Shown piece after piece: positions 33,585 through 42,977 of a DNA stretch of 46,227 nucleotides. The position numbers and the translations under genes are program-made. Location of the stretch: positions 1-46,227 of the forward strand of contig JBHHXT010000019.1 of assembly GCA_046757165.1 (NCBI GenBank), given 5' to 3'. Below the pieces are notes generated by a model. That model was not told where the DNA came from. It worked only from the letters and a program-made list of their open reading frames with translations, and ran no database searches. This stretch comes from a bacterium (GTDB taxonomy: Bacteria > Zhuqueibacterota > Zhuqueibacteria > Oceanimicrobiales > Oceanimicrobiaceae). The first letter of the stretch is position 1. Each line of letters starts with the position of its first letter.

Positions 33585-36356
33585 TTATTTGAGCAAAACC
33601 ATGCGGCGCGTTTGAGAAGCAGACCCGACTTCGAGTCTGTACAGGTAGACGCCGCTGGGCACAAGATTCCCATTGGCGTTCCGTCCGTCCCATTGCACCG
33701 TGTGATTGCCGGAGGCCAGGGGCTGGTCCACCAAAACTCTGACAGTCTGCCCCAGCAAATTGAACACTGTGAGCTTCGTTCCTGCCAAAGCACCATTTGG
33801 ACTCCGGATTTCGAAACGAATAGTGGTACCGGGATTGAATGGGTTTGGATAGTTTTGTTTGAGCGTGAACGCCTCCGGGATAACGGTGGCGGCACCGGAC
33901 GCGGTCGGCACACTGGTCACCAAACCACTGCCTCGCACTTTCACTTTCGTGGCAAAGAAGCCACTGCTATTTAGCTTCTGAGCCCGTACTTCGACGAGCT
34001 GTCCCGTGGACAAATCCTCGATCGACAGGAAGACGTTCAGTCTGCCGAGAATCATCGTATTCGCGTCGAAGAGAACTTCCTGTCCAGCCACTCTCACGCC
34101 GTTGACGACAACATCTTGCAGAACCCCGGCGATCAAGAGCACCTCTTCCAGTTTGATGCGGGTTGCCAGGAGCGTGCCGTCTGGCTGTCGCAGGCCGCGA
34201 ACCTCCGCCGTCTGGTCAACTCTCAATTCGCTAAAGGCGATGGGATTCTTCCTGTCATCCAGAACCTCGGTCGCGTTGTCCACCACGAAGCTAATCCCGA
34301 GCAGTCGAATGGTATCGGCCGCCAATGCTTCAATCGCGCCACGCACTTCGACCTCATTGCTACTCCGGTCTTCAATCTTGACGCGAATCGCGACCAATGT
34401 TCCGTCGGGTTGCAGGTCACCGCGAATCTCGACGATGAGACCGGCTGCCAAATCATTAAGGGTTATCTGAACGTTGTCGTTATCGAAGAACACCGTGTTT
34501 TCCGTGATGCCAAAAGTTTGGCCCTGGACGGTAATGGAGCTGCTGGTGAGATTGTCGATGACACCGGTAATTTCAACCTCGTCTTCAATTCTGTCTTCAA
34601 CCTTGATCCGGGTGGCGAGCAGCCTGCCATCTGCTTGCAGGATGCCTTTCACTTCAACGAGCTCGCCGACCTGCAGTGTTGAAAACGGAATGGGGGTGTT
34701 GTTGTCCAGAACCTGTGTGGTCGCATCGACAAAGAACGTGATCCCGGCTAACACCAGACTGTCCGGGCCGATGGACTCAATCGTCGCGGTCAACTCGACT
34801 TCATCTTTGAACACGTCTTCAACTTTGATCTTGGTGGCGACCAGAGTGCCATCCACCTGCAGCTCCGCGTGGATTTCCACCACCTGCCCGACGCGCAAAT
34901 CACCAAAGGCAATGGCGTTGTTGTCGTCATCCAGGATGAGCGTCGTGTCGGTCACGACAAATTCAAACGTGGCCACCACCAGCGAGTTATCACCCAGGCT
35001 TTCGATAGCACCGGTGATCTCCAGCTCATCCTTAAAAAAGTCTTCGATTTTTATCCGGGTCGCTAATAGGGAGCCATCTGCCGAAACATCGGCCCGGATT
35101 TCAACGACAAAGCCAACTTTGATATCTGACAGGGCGATTGGATTCTTCTTGTCATCCTGAATCAGGGTGTGGTCGTCAACCTGGAATAAGAAGCCAGCAG
35201 CGACAATGAAATCCGCGCCGATCTCCGTGACGGTACCGGTCACCTCCAACTCATCATCACGCCGAATTCTGTCTTCCACCTTGATGCTTGTTGCACGGAG
35301 CAGGCCATCGGCAGTCACAACGCCCCGGATTTCGACTACCTGGCCAACGGCTAAATCTGACAGCGTGATGGTCTCGCCATCGTGATCAACGATTTCAGTT
35401 GCGTCTGTCACAAGAAACGTGGTGCTGTTGACAACGATACTGGTCTCGGTCAGGGCATCGATGGTGCCCTTGAACTCGACTTCACCGTCTTCATCCTCTA
35501 TCTTGATTCGGATGGCCAGGAGTGACCCGTCTCCGAGCAGGCGTGCTTTGACCTGCACAGTTTGGCCCTCGACCAGATCCTCGAACGAAATCGCGTTGCC
35601 GTCGTGGTCCAGAATCTCAGTGTTGGCATCGACAAGAAAGGTTTTACCAAGCACCTCCAGGCTATTGTCTGTAAGGCCTTGAATCTTTCCCTTCACCTCA
35701 ACTTCGTCGCTCGAGAGGTCCTCCAGCTTGATGCGGATCGCCACGAAGTTGCCCTCGGCATCCTTGCGGGCACGAACTTTGACCAAATCACCTTCTGACA
35801 AATCCTCAAAAGCAATTGCCTGATTGCGGTCGTCGATGATTTCAGTTTGGGCGTTGACGAAAAAGGTCGTCGCATTCACAACTAGAATATCCGCTCCCAA
35901 TGTCGTGATGGTTCCCTTGACTTGAACTTCTTCCCCCTCATCTGTGCCGCCGGTGATCTTGATGTCCACGCGGGCTCGGAATTCATTGCCACTTTCGTCC
36001 CGAATCCGGCCACGCCACTCCCAGTCTGAAACCGAGGCGTCGACCGTACTCAAATCAATGCTGGCCTCATACGTCCCATCCAGGGAATTGTCGAATCGGC
36101 CTTCAACATCATGGCCCCCACTCGCTGGTTTGAGCCGGAATTCATTCTTATCGATATCCGTGAAATCGATGTCCGGTGCGATGACTTGCATGTACAAGAC
36201 ATCTTCTCTGGCAAAAACCCGGTCATCCGACGAAAAGTCTGCATTCTTCGAAAGCGTGAACCTTTGCTGAGCAAAGACCCCATTGGAACAAAAGCAAACG
36301 AGCAAAGCAATAAAAACAAAAACAATGCGTTCGGTAAACCTCCTATTCATTTTCAA
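33585..36356 (-). CDS. Secreted DUF5666-like repeat protein (9 repeats) with T9SS/FlgD-type C-terminal domain
   Basis: Signal peptide; nine ~75-aa repeats EVE.xG.I..L....V.G..F.V...T.I.D....I....L..G..VEV....DG.L.A..IK.ED; tail LKQNYPNPFNP...WDG...SGVYLYRL. Confidence 0.85.
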   Translation of the reverse strand: MKMNRRFTERIVFVFIALLVCFCSNGVFAQQRFTLSKNADFSSDDRVFAREDVLYMQVIAPDIDFTDIDKNEFRLKPASGGHDVEGRFDNSLDGTYEASIDLSTVDASVSDWEWRGRIRDESGNEFRARVDIKITGGTDEGEEVQVKGTITTLGADILVVNATTFFVNAQTEIIDDRNQAIAFEDLSEGDLVKVRARKDAEGNFVAIRIKLEDLSSDEVEVKGKIQGLTDNSLEVLGKTFLVDANTEILDHDGNAISFEDLVEGQTVQVKARLLGDGSLLAIRIKIEDEDGEVEFKGTIDALTETSIVVNSTTFLVTDATEIVDHDGETITLSDLAVGQVVEIRGVVTADGLLRATSIKVEDRIRRDDELEVTGTVTEIGADFIVAAGFLFQVDDHTLIQDDKKNPIALSDIKVGFVVEIRADVSADGSLLATRIKIEDFFKDELEITGAIESLGDNSLVVATFEFVVTDTTLILDDDNNAIAFGDLRVGQVVEIHAELQVDGTLVATKIKVEDVFKDEVELTATIESIGPDSLVLAGITFFVDATTQVLDNNTPIPFSTLQVGELVEVKGILQADGRLLATRIKVEDRIEDEVEITGVIDNLTSSSITVQGQTFGITENTVFFDNDNVQITLNDLAAGLIVEIRGDLQPDGTLVAIRVKIEDRSSNEVEVRGAIEALAADTIRLLGISFVVDNATEVLDDRKNPIAFSELRVDQTAEVRGLRQPDGTLLATRIKLEEVLLIAGVLQDVVVNGVRVAGQEVLFDANTMILGRLNVFLSIEDLSTGQLVEVRAQKLNSSGFFATKVKVRGSGLVTSVPTASGAATVIPEAFTLKQNYPNPFNPGTTIRFEIRSPNGALAGTKLTVFNLLGQTVRVLVDQPLASGNHTVQWDGRNANGNLVPSGVYLYRLEVGSASQTRRMVLLK

Positions 36357-36770
36357 CTCTCCTCAAGTTAGTATGAGTCATCATCATAAGTTAGTCATCG
36401 GGTCTATGTCATTCTGGAGTCGACCCAAGCTAAGCAAGAGCAGTGCCAGCGCGGGAAAGCCCAGGACCTGTTGACATTTCAAGTTCATAATTACATTAAA
36501 TTTATCTTGTAACAAAATTGACAGAATAGAACAAACCGCCTCGCTCCGGAGCTTCCGGGTTTGTGCAAATCGTGCAAAGAGCTGTGAAAATCTTGCGCAC
36601 ATCCTAATCGTCTGAAAAAAGAGAAATACAATCATAATCATCGCTAAACTGCTCATTTCCCGCGGGCAAAAATGGAACGGCGGAGAAAGCAAGCACATCG
36701 GTTCCAAAACATGCCACAGGAGACGCTTTCTCCGCCGTTATATTTTCGTGAGATCAGACCGGCTGCAGAA

Positions 36771-37181
36771 TCACTCGTCAGATGAAACCACGTCCGGGTA
36801 GAGTCTATCCAGACATCTCGGGCAGATGGAGTGCGTAAACTCTGCCTCGCTGTGATGCCTGATATAATGCTCAACTTGATGCCATCTTCCTCCATCATCG
36901 CGGATGCATTTGCATCCCGCGCAAATTGATAAAAGACGCTCGACTCTCCTGGGTTCAACCGGCTCTGTCGTTGCTAGATGCCGTCTTTTCCATTCACGCA
37001 AGGCCACGACTTTTCGGTACAGGAAAAAGATTGCGCCGGACATAAAAGAAAACAGTGCTGACACGATAAACTCACTCCCATCAGAAATCTTGTTGAAAAC
37101 ATCGAAATGAATTAATAAAACGCACAGACCCAGGGCCAGGATGGATGCGAAGATGGCCTCCCTGACACGCTTTGATTTCAT
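36771..37181 (-). CDS. 2-TM protein with C-terminal Zn-ribbon (ICxxCKxIRD...HSICPxC)
   Basis: Motif typical of output tails on sensor and response-regulator proteins. Start MKSKR at 37181 preferred over 37307. Confidence 0.75.
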   Translation of the reverse strand: MKSKRVREAIFASILALGLCVLLIHFDVFNKISDGSEFIVSALFSFMSGAIFFLYRKVVALREWKRRHLATTEPVEPRRVERLLSICAGCKCIRDDGGRWHQVEHYIRHHSEAEFTHSICPRCLDRLYPDVVSSDE

Positions 37182-37431
37182 ACACTTCAGCAAGTACTCA
37201 CGGATATGATTTTGCAAGAGGTCCCCTCGCTGTCTATCCCTTCTTTTTATGCTTGCCGGAAGACTAAAGCTTGGCCAAAAAAGATATGGCCTGACCTGAG
37301 CAATCACTGTGCCAGAAGAAGTATGGTCGACTCAAGCGATAGGCTCGGCCGCAATGCGCAATTCGTGCGCTACCTGCGCATATTTTACACAGACGCGTTA
37401 AGGAAAGGAGATTTAATTAAAGATGCCACCG

Positions 37432-38274
37432 TCAAAGATTTAGAGTCAATTGCAAGGTCGCCCGCGTGTCAGAGAATGACGGGACGAGCTCGATTCGGTT
37501 GATATGATTGTGGGCCTCAAATCGCTGTGGGCTTTTTCTAAGGATGGCGTCAATATAACTATAAATCCAGACTGTTGCAGAAAAGAGAATCAAATTGTTT
37601 CTAATCTTGTGTAACCTGTTGAAGGTATCAAACCGAGCACCAACTTTGGCCGGGTCAATCTCAGATAAGTATTTATTCTCTGCGTTATCACGCGCTAAGT
37701 GGGCGGCGAGCGAGCCGGCGACTCCTATCCCCCACAGGGTGGTGAGAAGCACGCCCTTCTTTTTTTCACCCTTGTAGCGCTGCCCCCAGCCGGGCAGGAC
37801 CACGGAACGAATGGCTGCGGCTGGACGCGGATCGGCGACCAGGACATAGCGCACCTCCATTTTGCTATCCCTGATATCATTGCGACTCTGTTGTCTCCGC
37901 ACCCAGGCGGTTTTGAGCTGTTCATAATAGTCCAGGATTTTCGGCGAAACCAGCAAGGGATCGAGCTCCAGAGTCGGGTCTAGAGAAAGCGCCAGCTCAA
38001 ATTCTTGTCGCGCTTTTGGCTCCTTGTTTTGAGAATAATACACCAGAGCCAGGATCTTGTGAATCTCGGTCAACTGCTCCTGGGTGAATCTCTGGTACTC
38101 CTTTAAGGCAGAGGTCGCTTTGATTTCCGCCTCCGTGAAGTGCAGCTCAGTATATGCCCGCTGAATTTCATCCAGGAGCAAAGACTGCCTATCCTGCGCC
38201 AACAACCCCGCAGATGGCGCCAGTGCAAAACCGGCTAAAGACAAGAATAATGTGACCAGACAAGGCTTTATCAT
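37432..38274 (-). CDS. Exported TPR protein with DUF5683-like C-terminal domain
   Basis: Signal peptide; TPR-like helices (LALVYY..ARQEFELALSLDP); AAIRSVVLPGWGQRYKG...WIYSYIDA. Confidence 0.75.
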   Translation of the reverse strand: MIKPCLVTLFLSLAGFALAPSAGLLAQDRQSLLLDEIQRAYTELHFTEAEIKATSALKEYQRFTQEQLTEIHKILALVYYSQNKEPKARQEFELALSLDPTLELDPLLVSPKILDYYEQLKTAWVRRQQSRNDIRDSKMEVRYVLVADPRPAAAIRSVVLPGWGQRYKGEKKKGVLLTTLWGIGVAGSLAAHLARDNAENKYLSEIDPAKVGARFDTFNRLHKIRNNLILFSATVWIYSYIDAILRKSPQRFEAHNHINRIELVPSFSDTRATLQLTLNL

Positions 38275-39563
38275 CGAACGAGCACCATTTTGCGGGATTC
38301 ACTCCTGAAACCACTCTGCAACCTGCTGAAATAGATGCCGCTTGCAACAGCTTCGCCGTATCGATCGGTTCCATCCCAGACAACCTGGTAGTCTCCCGGG
38401 CTGAACTGATCATCGACCAACGTCTTGACTAACCCCCCCTGTACATTGTAGACCTTCAATGTCACCCGGTCGCGACCCGATGAAACTCTAAACTCCATCC
38501 GGGTTTCAGGGTTAAACGGATTCGGGTAGTTCTGTTCGAGGCCAAACCGTGCCGGCTGCAGAGGCCCCCGAACCAGGACAGAGGTCACGATGTCCGATGT
38601 TTTGGCAACTTCCATAGACGCCAGGACATGACCATCGGCATCCTGCCCTCCCATAACGTAAATCTTGTCCCCGACCGCTAACGCCGCAAACCCTTCCCGA
38701 GCCTGGTTCAAAGGCGCGCCGACATCCCATGTGTTTTCTGCCGGCCGAAAGAACTCAACAGAACCGATCACCTGGTCGCCAGGATTGCGGCCACCGATGA
38801 CAAATATCTCGTTTGCGCTCGCCGCCGCTGCCAGGCCGCCACGCGCCGTCAACAAATCGTTGCGGTTGCTCGTCCCAACCGCCGGGTGATAGCGCTGGAC
38901 CGCGGCCAATGGCCCCAGGGAGCTAAACCCTGCGATCGAGAATGCCGTGTCCTCGAAGGCAACCGTTGCAAAAGAAGCTCTGGCAAACTCCAACCGCCAG
39001 TCAGAAACGGTCCGCCACCTCCCACGAGCCTCATCATAATACTCGACATTGTCGAGAAATCTCTCCCCATCGTCGTCCGAATCGTCATCCGAATCGTCAT
39101 CCGACCCGCCAAATCCTCCGACGGCGAACAACTGACCCTGCAGGACCACGGCAGTCAACCCTTCGCGCTCCTCCTTCAATTCACGAAACTTTTGCCACTC
39201 ATTGCCCGAGGTATTGAAGAACTCGACCTTCTTCAATACCTCGCCTTCGTCATCGCGACCTCCGAGAACAAAGATCTTTTCCTGAAACACGACGGCAGCG
39301 GCATTTTCTCTTTCCTTCCTGAGCCGAGGCAAGCCGGTTTCCCAGGTATCGGTTATCGGGCTGTAGCTTTCAACCACACTCACAATTCTACCGTTGCCAG
39401 ACCGCCCACCGATGACATAGATTTTTCCGTCCATAACAGCGGCACAAATGCTGGTGCGCGCCGTCGGCATCGGAGATCTGACCGTCCACACTGCCTGCCC
39501 GACCACCGGACTTGTCTTGTGCCCCCAAAGAATAACGAACAAAACCAAAAACCACCTTCTCAT
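38271..39563 (-). CDS. Kelch-repeat beta-propeller protein with T9SS/FlgD-type C-terminal domain
   Basis: Start MRRWFLV at 39563; six Kelch blades (GKIYVIGG...VESY..W); tail LEQNYPNPFNP...WDG...SGIYFSRL. Confidence 0.88.
   Translation of the reverse strand: MRRWFLVLFVILWGHKTSPVVGQAVWTVRSPMPTARTSICAAVMDGKIYVIGGRSGNGRIVSVVESYSPITDTWETGLPRLRKERENAAAVVFQEKIFVLGGRDDEGEVLKKVEFFNTSGNEWQKFRELKEEREGLTAVVLQGQLFAVGGFGGSDDDSDDDSDDDGERFLDNVEYYDEARGRWRTVSDWRLEFARASFATVAFEDTAFSIAGFSSLGPLAAVQRYHPAVGTSNRNDLLTARGGLAAAASANEIFVIGGRNPGDQVIGSVEFFRPAENTWDVGAPLNQAREGFAALAVGDKIYVMGGQDADGHVLASMEVAKTSDIVTSVLVRGPLQPARFGLEQNYPNPFNPETRMEFRVSSGRDRVTLKVYNVQGGLVKTLVDDQFSPGDYQVVWDGTDRYGEAVASGIYFSRLQSGFRSESRKMVLVR
39069..39104. 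repeat. In-frame 12-bp tandem repeat x3 encoding SDDD
   Basis: ATCGTCGTCCGA ATCGTCATCCGA ATCGTCATCCGA. Confidence 0.85.
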
Positions 39564-39640
39564 ATACTTTCCCCGCTTGCGGTTCCACCATGGCTCTCTT
39601 GGCGCTGGCGAACCCTTCAAATTGCTATACCGCCAACGTG

Positions 39641-40630
39641 CTACTGGAGCCGGAATGACGCCTCCTTGGAACGGCTGCAATTTTCAAATTCATCCACAAA
39701 TGCGATCGTCCAGAAATAAGTCCCGTCAGGTAACGAGTCCGGAACGGTGACGGAGAGGGAGGTATCCGGGATGCCGCCCTGCTGCCATATCAAGGTATTG
39801 AGACCAAAATTGACCCGAAAAAGTTCGACCTCCTGGGTATAGTCAAAGCTCAACTCCGTCGGCAGCCACACCAATTCCGGTGTTCTGGAATCGAGGAGGT
39901 CAAATCCCTGGGGAGAATCAGGCAGAGGCGTCTTTTCAATGATCCTGACCAGGAAAATAGGCGCTGATTGCGTGTGGAAGCCGGCGCGATCTGTTGCCGT
40001 CAAGATGATTTGACGACCAAAAACATCGTGCAGGTTCTTTCCAGGCAATCGGGATTCCGAGATGCTCTTTCTGAACACACCCACCGTCTCTGTCACGTTC
40101 AAGGTATCGCGATAACCAAGCTCTGGAATCTCGAGCTCGACCATCACAACATCTCCGACACCATCAGAGTCGTCGAGCTCAGCCTGAACCTGCAACAAAA
40201 AGAGGTCGTGCAGGGGAAACCAGCGACCAACGTGGCACGTGCTCAGCTCGGTGGTGACAAAAAAGGGCAAACCGTCCAGATTGAACTGCATGGATGCCAC
40301 CTTACCCGCAACGACCTCGACAGAATCCGCCGCCCCGGCAAAGCCGTCTTTTTCAACCAACACCGAATAGCTTCCGGCCGGGATATCATCGAATTGGAAT
40401 TGTCCGCTGGCGTTCGTGGTGACCATCCTCCCGGCTTGCCCCAGGAAAATCCGCACATCGGCTATCGGTCTGAACGGAGAAAAGAGTGTCAAGACCTGGC
40501 CGGTAATGGTTCCGACATCACGAAAACTGCTCGCCTGCTGATCCAGAGGGTTGTTTCTGTCGGCATCACTCAAGCAGCCAGACAATGAGACGAACCATGC
40601 GAGAGACAAGGTGACAAGAAGAAATCTCAT
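39641..40630 (-). CDS. Lipoprotein with carboxypeptidase-regulatory-like and Ig/Fn3-like domains
   Basis: Start MRFLLV at 40630; lipobox LSG-C; RNNPLD; TTNASGQFQFDDIPAGSYSVLVEKDGF. Confidence 0.8.
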   Translation of the reverse strand: MRFLLVTLSLAWFVSLSGCLSDADRNNPLDQQASSFRDVGTITGQVLTLFSPFRPIADVRIFLGQAGRMVTTNASGQFQFDDIPAGSYSVLVEKDGFAGAADSVEVVAGKVASMQFNLDGLPFFVTTELSTCHVGRWFPLHDLFLLQVQAELDDSDGVGDVVMVELEIPELGYRDTLNVTETVGVFRKSISESRLPGKNLHDVFGRQIILTATDRAGFHTQSAPIFLVRIIEKTPLPDSPQGFDLLDSRTPELVWLPTELSFDYTQEVELFRVNFGLNTLIWQQGGIPDTSLSVTVPDSLPDGTYFWTIAFVDEFENCSRSKEASFRLQ

Positions 40631-40846
40631 GTAAACGTCCCGTGCATACGACATAAGTCAAGTTGACCACGGCGTTAAGACAGTCGCGTCCGGTGGAGTT
40701 TCAGATCTCATGTTTTCTTGGCTTAAGAACGAACCAACATCCCGATAAGTATAAGTCGGGAGAACAGTCGAAACACAGTCGGAGTCTGTGTTGGATCGTT
40801 AACCGGACATTAATAATGTTAAGACAATAATGACAGAAATGCAAAC

Positions 40847-40880
40847 AAAAAAAGCCGAGGGCAAAACCTTCGGCTTTTTT
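40847..40880. terminator. Bidirectional intrinsic terminator downstream of the NtrC-type gene
   Basis: A7-GCCGAGGG-CAAAA-CCTTCGGC-T6. Confidence 0.85.
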
Positions 40881-40904
40881 CTGCGGCACAGATTGCGCGA
40901 TTCT

Positions 40905-42299
40905 TTATTCTTCGCGCCTGCCGACTTCGATGTGGTAGCGGTTTATCAGACGATGCAGGGTGCGCCGGTCCATGTCACTCTCCTTCGCGGCGCGTGAAAT
41001 ATTGCCGTGGTGGCGGCGCAGCATTTTGGTCAAGTATTCTTTTTCAAAGCGCGCGATGAGCGCTTTCTTGGCTTCCTTCAAAGACGTATCCAGGGAAATT
41101 GAAACAAATTCGGTGCTGTTATGAGGGTGGTCGATGTTTTCCGGCAAATCGCTTGCTCGAATCCACTCATCCCGGGCAAGGGTTATCGCGCGCTCAATCA
41201 CGTTCTCGAGTTCTCGGACATTCCCTGGCCATCCATAATTCTGCAGACAATGAAGGGCCTCATCAGAGATTCCTCTGATCACTTTCGATGTGGCCTTTGA
41301 GAACTTGTCGATGAAGTGTCTGGCCAGAATGGGGATGTCTTCTTTTCTTTGCCGCAGCGGTGGCACGTGGATGGAAATCACGTTGAGCCGGTAATACAAA
41401 TCTTCACGCAACGTGCCATCCCTGAGCGCCACCTCCAATTTGCGGTTGCTGGCAGAAATGATGCGCACGTTGACGTCGATCAGCTTGGTGCCGCCCACGC
41501 GCCGAATCTGCCTGTCCTGCAACACGCGCAGAAGCTTGACCTGCAACGCCGGACTGAGCTCGCAGATCTCATCCAAAAAAAATGTCCCGTCGTTGGCGTA
41601 TTCCAGAAGTCCCGGTTTTTGCCGGATTGCGCCTGTGAAGGCCCCCTTTTCATACCCAAAAAGCTCGCTCTCAAATAGATTTTCCGGAAATGCGCCGCAG
41701 TTAACCGGAACAAAGGCGCCCTCCCGACGGGGACTAGTGCCGTGGATACTCCTGGCGACCAGCTCTTTGCCCGTTCCGCTCTCGCCACTGATGGTGATAT
41801 TGGCATCGCCAACGGCAACTTGCCGGATCCGGTCAAAGACCTTCTGCATCGCTACGCTCTTGCCAATAAGATTATGGAATCGCCACTTTTCATGCAGTTT
41901 GTTTTGCAGCTCACGCGTTTCCTTGTGCAGCGTCCTGAGCGATTTTTCAACCACACCGCGCAAGCGTTCTGCTCTAAACGGTTTCTCAATGAAATCAAAG
42001 GCCCCTTCCCGCATCGCCCGGACTGCATTTTCGATGCTCCCATATGCGCTGAAGATGACGAATGGCACATCGGGCACAGCAGCTTTCGCCTTCTGCAGCA
42101 GTTCAAAGCCGCTCATACCAGGCATGGAAAGGTCGCATATTATGACATCGTAGCTTCCCGACTCAATCTCCGCCGCTGCGGCGGCACCACTCTCCTGCAA
42201 CGTCTTGACGTGATAACCGCTCTTTGCAAGAAACTTCATGCAGCTCTTCAACAGCTCCGGATCATCGTCAATGACAAGTATCTTGCCCCTGCCTTTCAT
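40905..42299 (-). CDS. Sigma-54-dependent response regulator (NtrC/AtoC family)
   Basis: REC (IDDD, ICDLSMPG, KP); AAA+ (GESGTGKE, GAFTGA, FLDEI, WPGNVRELEN); Fis-type HTH. Confidence 0.95.
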   Translation of the reverse strand: MKGRGKILVIDDDPELLKSCMKFLAKSGYHVKTLQESGAAAAAEIESGSYDVIICDLSMPGMSGFELLQKAKAAVPDVPFVIFSAYGSIENAVRAMREGAFDFIEKPFRAERLRGVVEKSLRTLHKETRELQNKLHEKWRFHNLIGKSVAMQKVFDRIRQVAVGDANITISGESGTGKELVARSIHGTSPRREGAFVPVNCGAFPENLFESELFGYEKGAFTGAIRQKPGLLEYANDGTFFLDEICELSPALQVKLLRVLQDRQIRRVGGTKLIDVNVRIISASNRKLEVALRDGTLREDLYYRLNVISIHVPPLRQRKEDIPILARHFIDKFSKATSKVIRGISDEALHCLQNYGWPGNVRELENVIERAITLARDEWIRASDLPENIDHPHNSTEFVSISLDTSLKEAKKALIARFEKEYLTKMLRRHHGNISRAAKESDMDRRTLHRLINRYHIEVGRREE

Positions 42300-42729
42300 G
42301 ATTCCTCACTTCCTCTCAGGTATCTTCGTTGGAGCATCGCACCCTGCCGCGAGATACCAGGTTATGTAGTAGGGAAAGCCGATGACACCACCACCAAAAC
42401 TTGACTGACCTCCCGAACGTGTTTGCGACTGATTTTCCTGAGCATCATATTCGAGACCGACTTCCGCGACAATAGCTGACACCAAAAAACGTACCAGGAT
42501 GGAAACGGAGGTCTGGCCGGACAAATCAGAGCCATAAAGTTATAATTTATCAATATCTTGCTTCACGATCACCTTCAGCATGAGAATCTCTCAGCACAAT
42601 TCTTCATCTTGAAAGTGAAAACAAATCAGGGAGAATTCTCAATTTTCGGAAGGCCGTCATCCGAGCCATGCCATAACGCCAGACGTCAAATTCCTCGCAC
42701 ATCATGGCAAACGGTGATGCATAAAACTC

Positions 42730-42758
42730 TTGACAAAGTTACAAGACTGTTGTATTCT
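42730..42758 (+). promoter_or_regulatory. Sigma-70-type promoter for the TonB-dependent receptor
   Basis: TTGACA (42730-42735), 17-nt spacer, TATTCT (42753-42758). Confidence 0.6.
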
Positions 42759-42823
42759 TTATTCGATCAAATCAACTCCTTTCAAATCATCACGTGTTCA
42801 AAACCTTGTAAAGGAGGGCAATC

Positions 42824-42865
42824 ATGAAAGAAAAGACGTTCCTGCATCTTAACGATTTCCACTGA
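42824..42865 (+). other. 13-codon upstream ORF (MKEKTFLHLNDFH) with strong RBS
   Basis: AAGGAGG at 42811-42817, ATG at 42824, TGA at 42863-42865. Confidence 0.35.
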
Positions 42866-42977
42866 AGATGCGCGCACACTCCCAGAAGAACGAGCAGTAT
42901 CAGGCCATCCTTGGTTCGAAGCGAAGCATCATTCAAAAGCACATTTTAATCTCGGCATCAAGAGGAGGAGTGATATC

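Noticed and set aside
42704..42722. Possible sigma-54 promoter TGGCAAACGGTGATGC
   Set aside because: GG-to-GC spacing is 11 nt rather than the required 10. I found no convincing -24/-12 site upstream of the redox cluster either.
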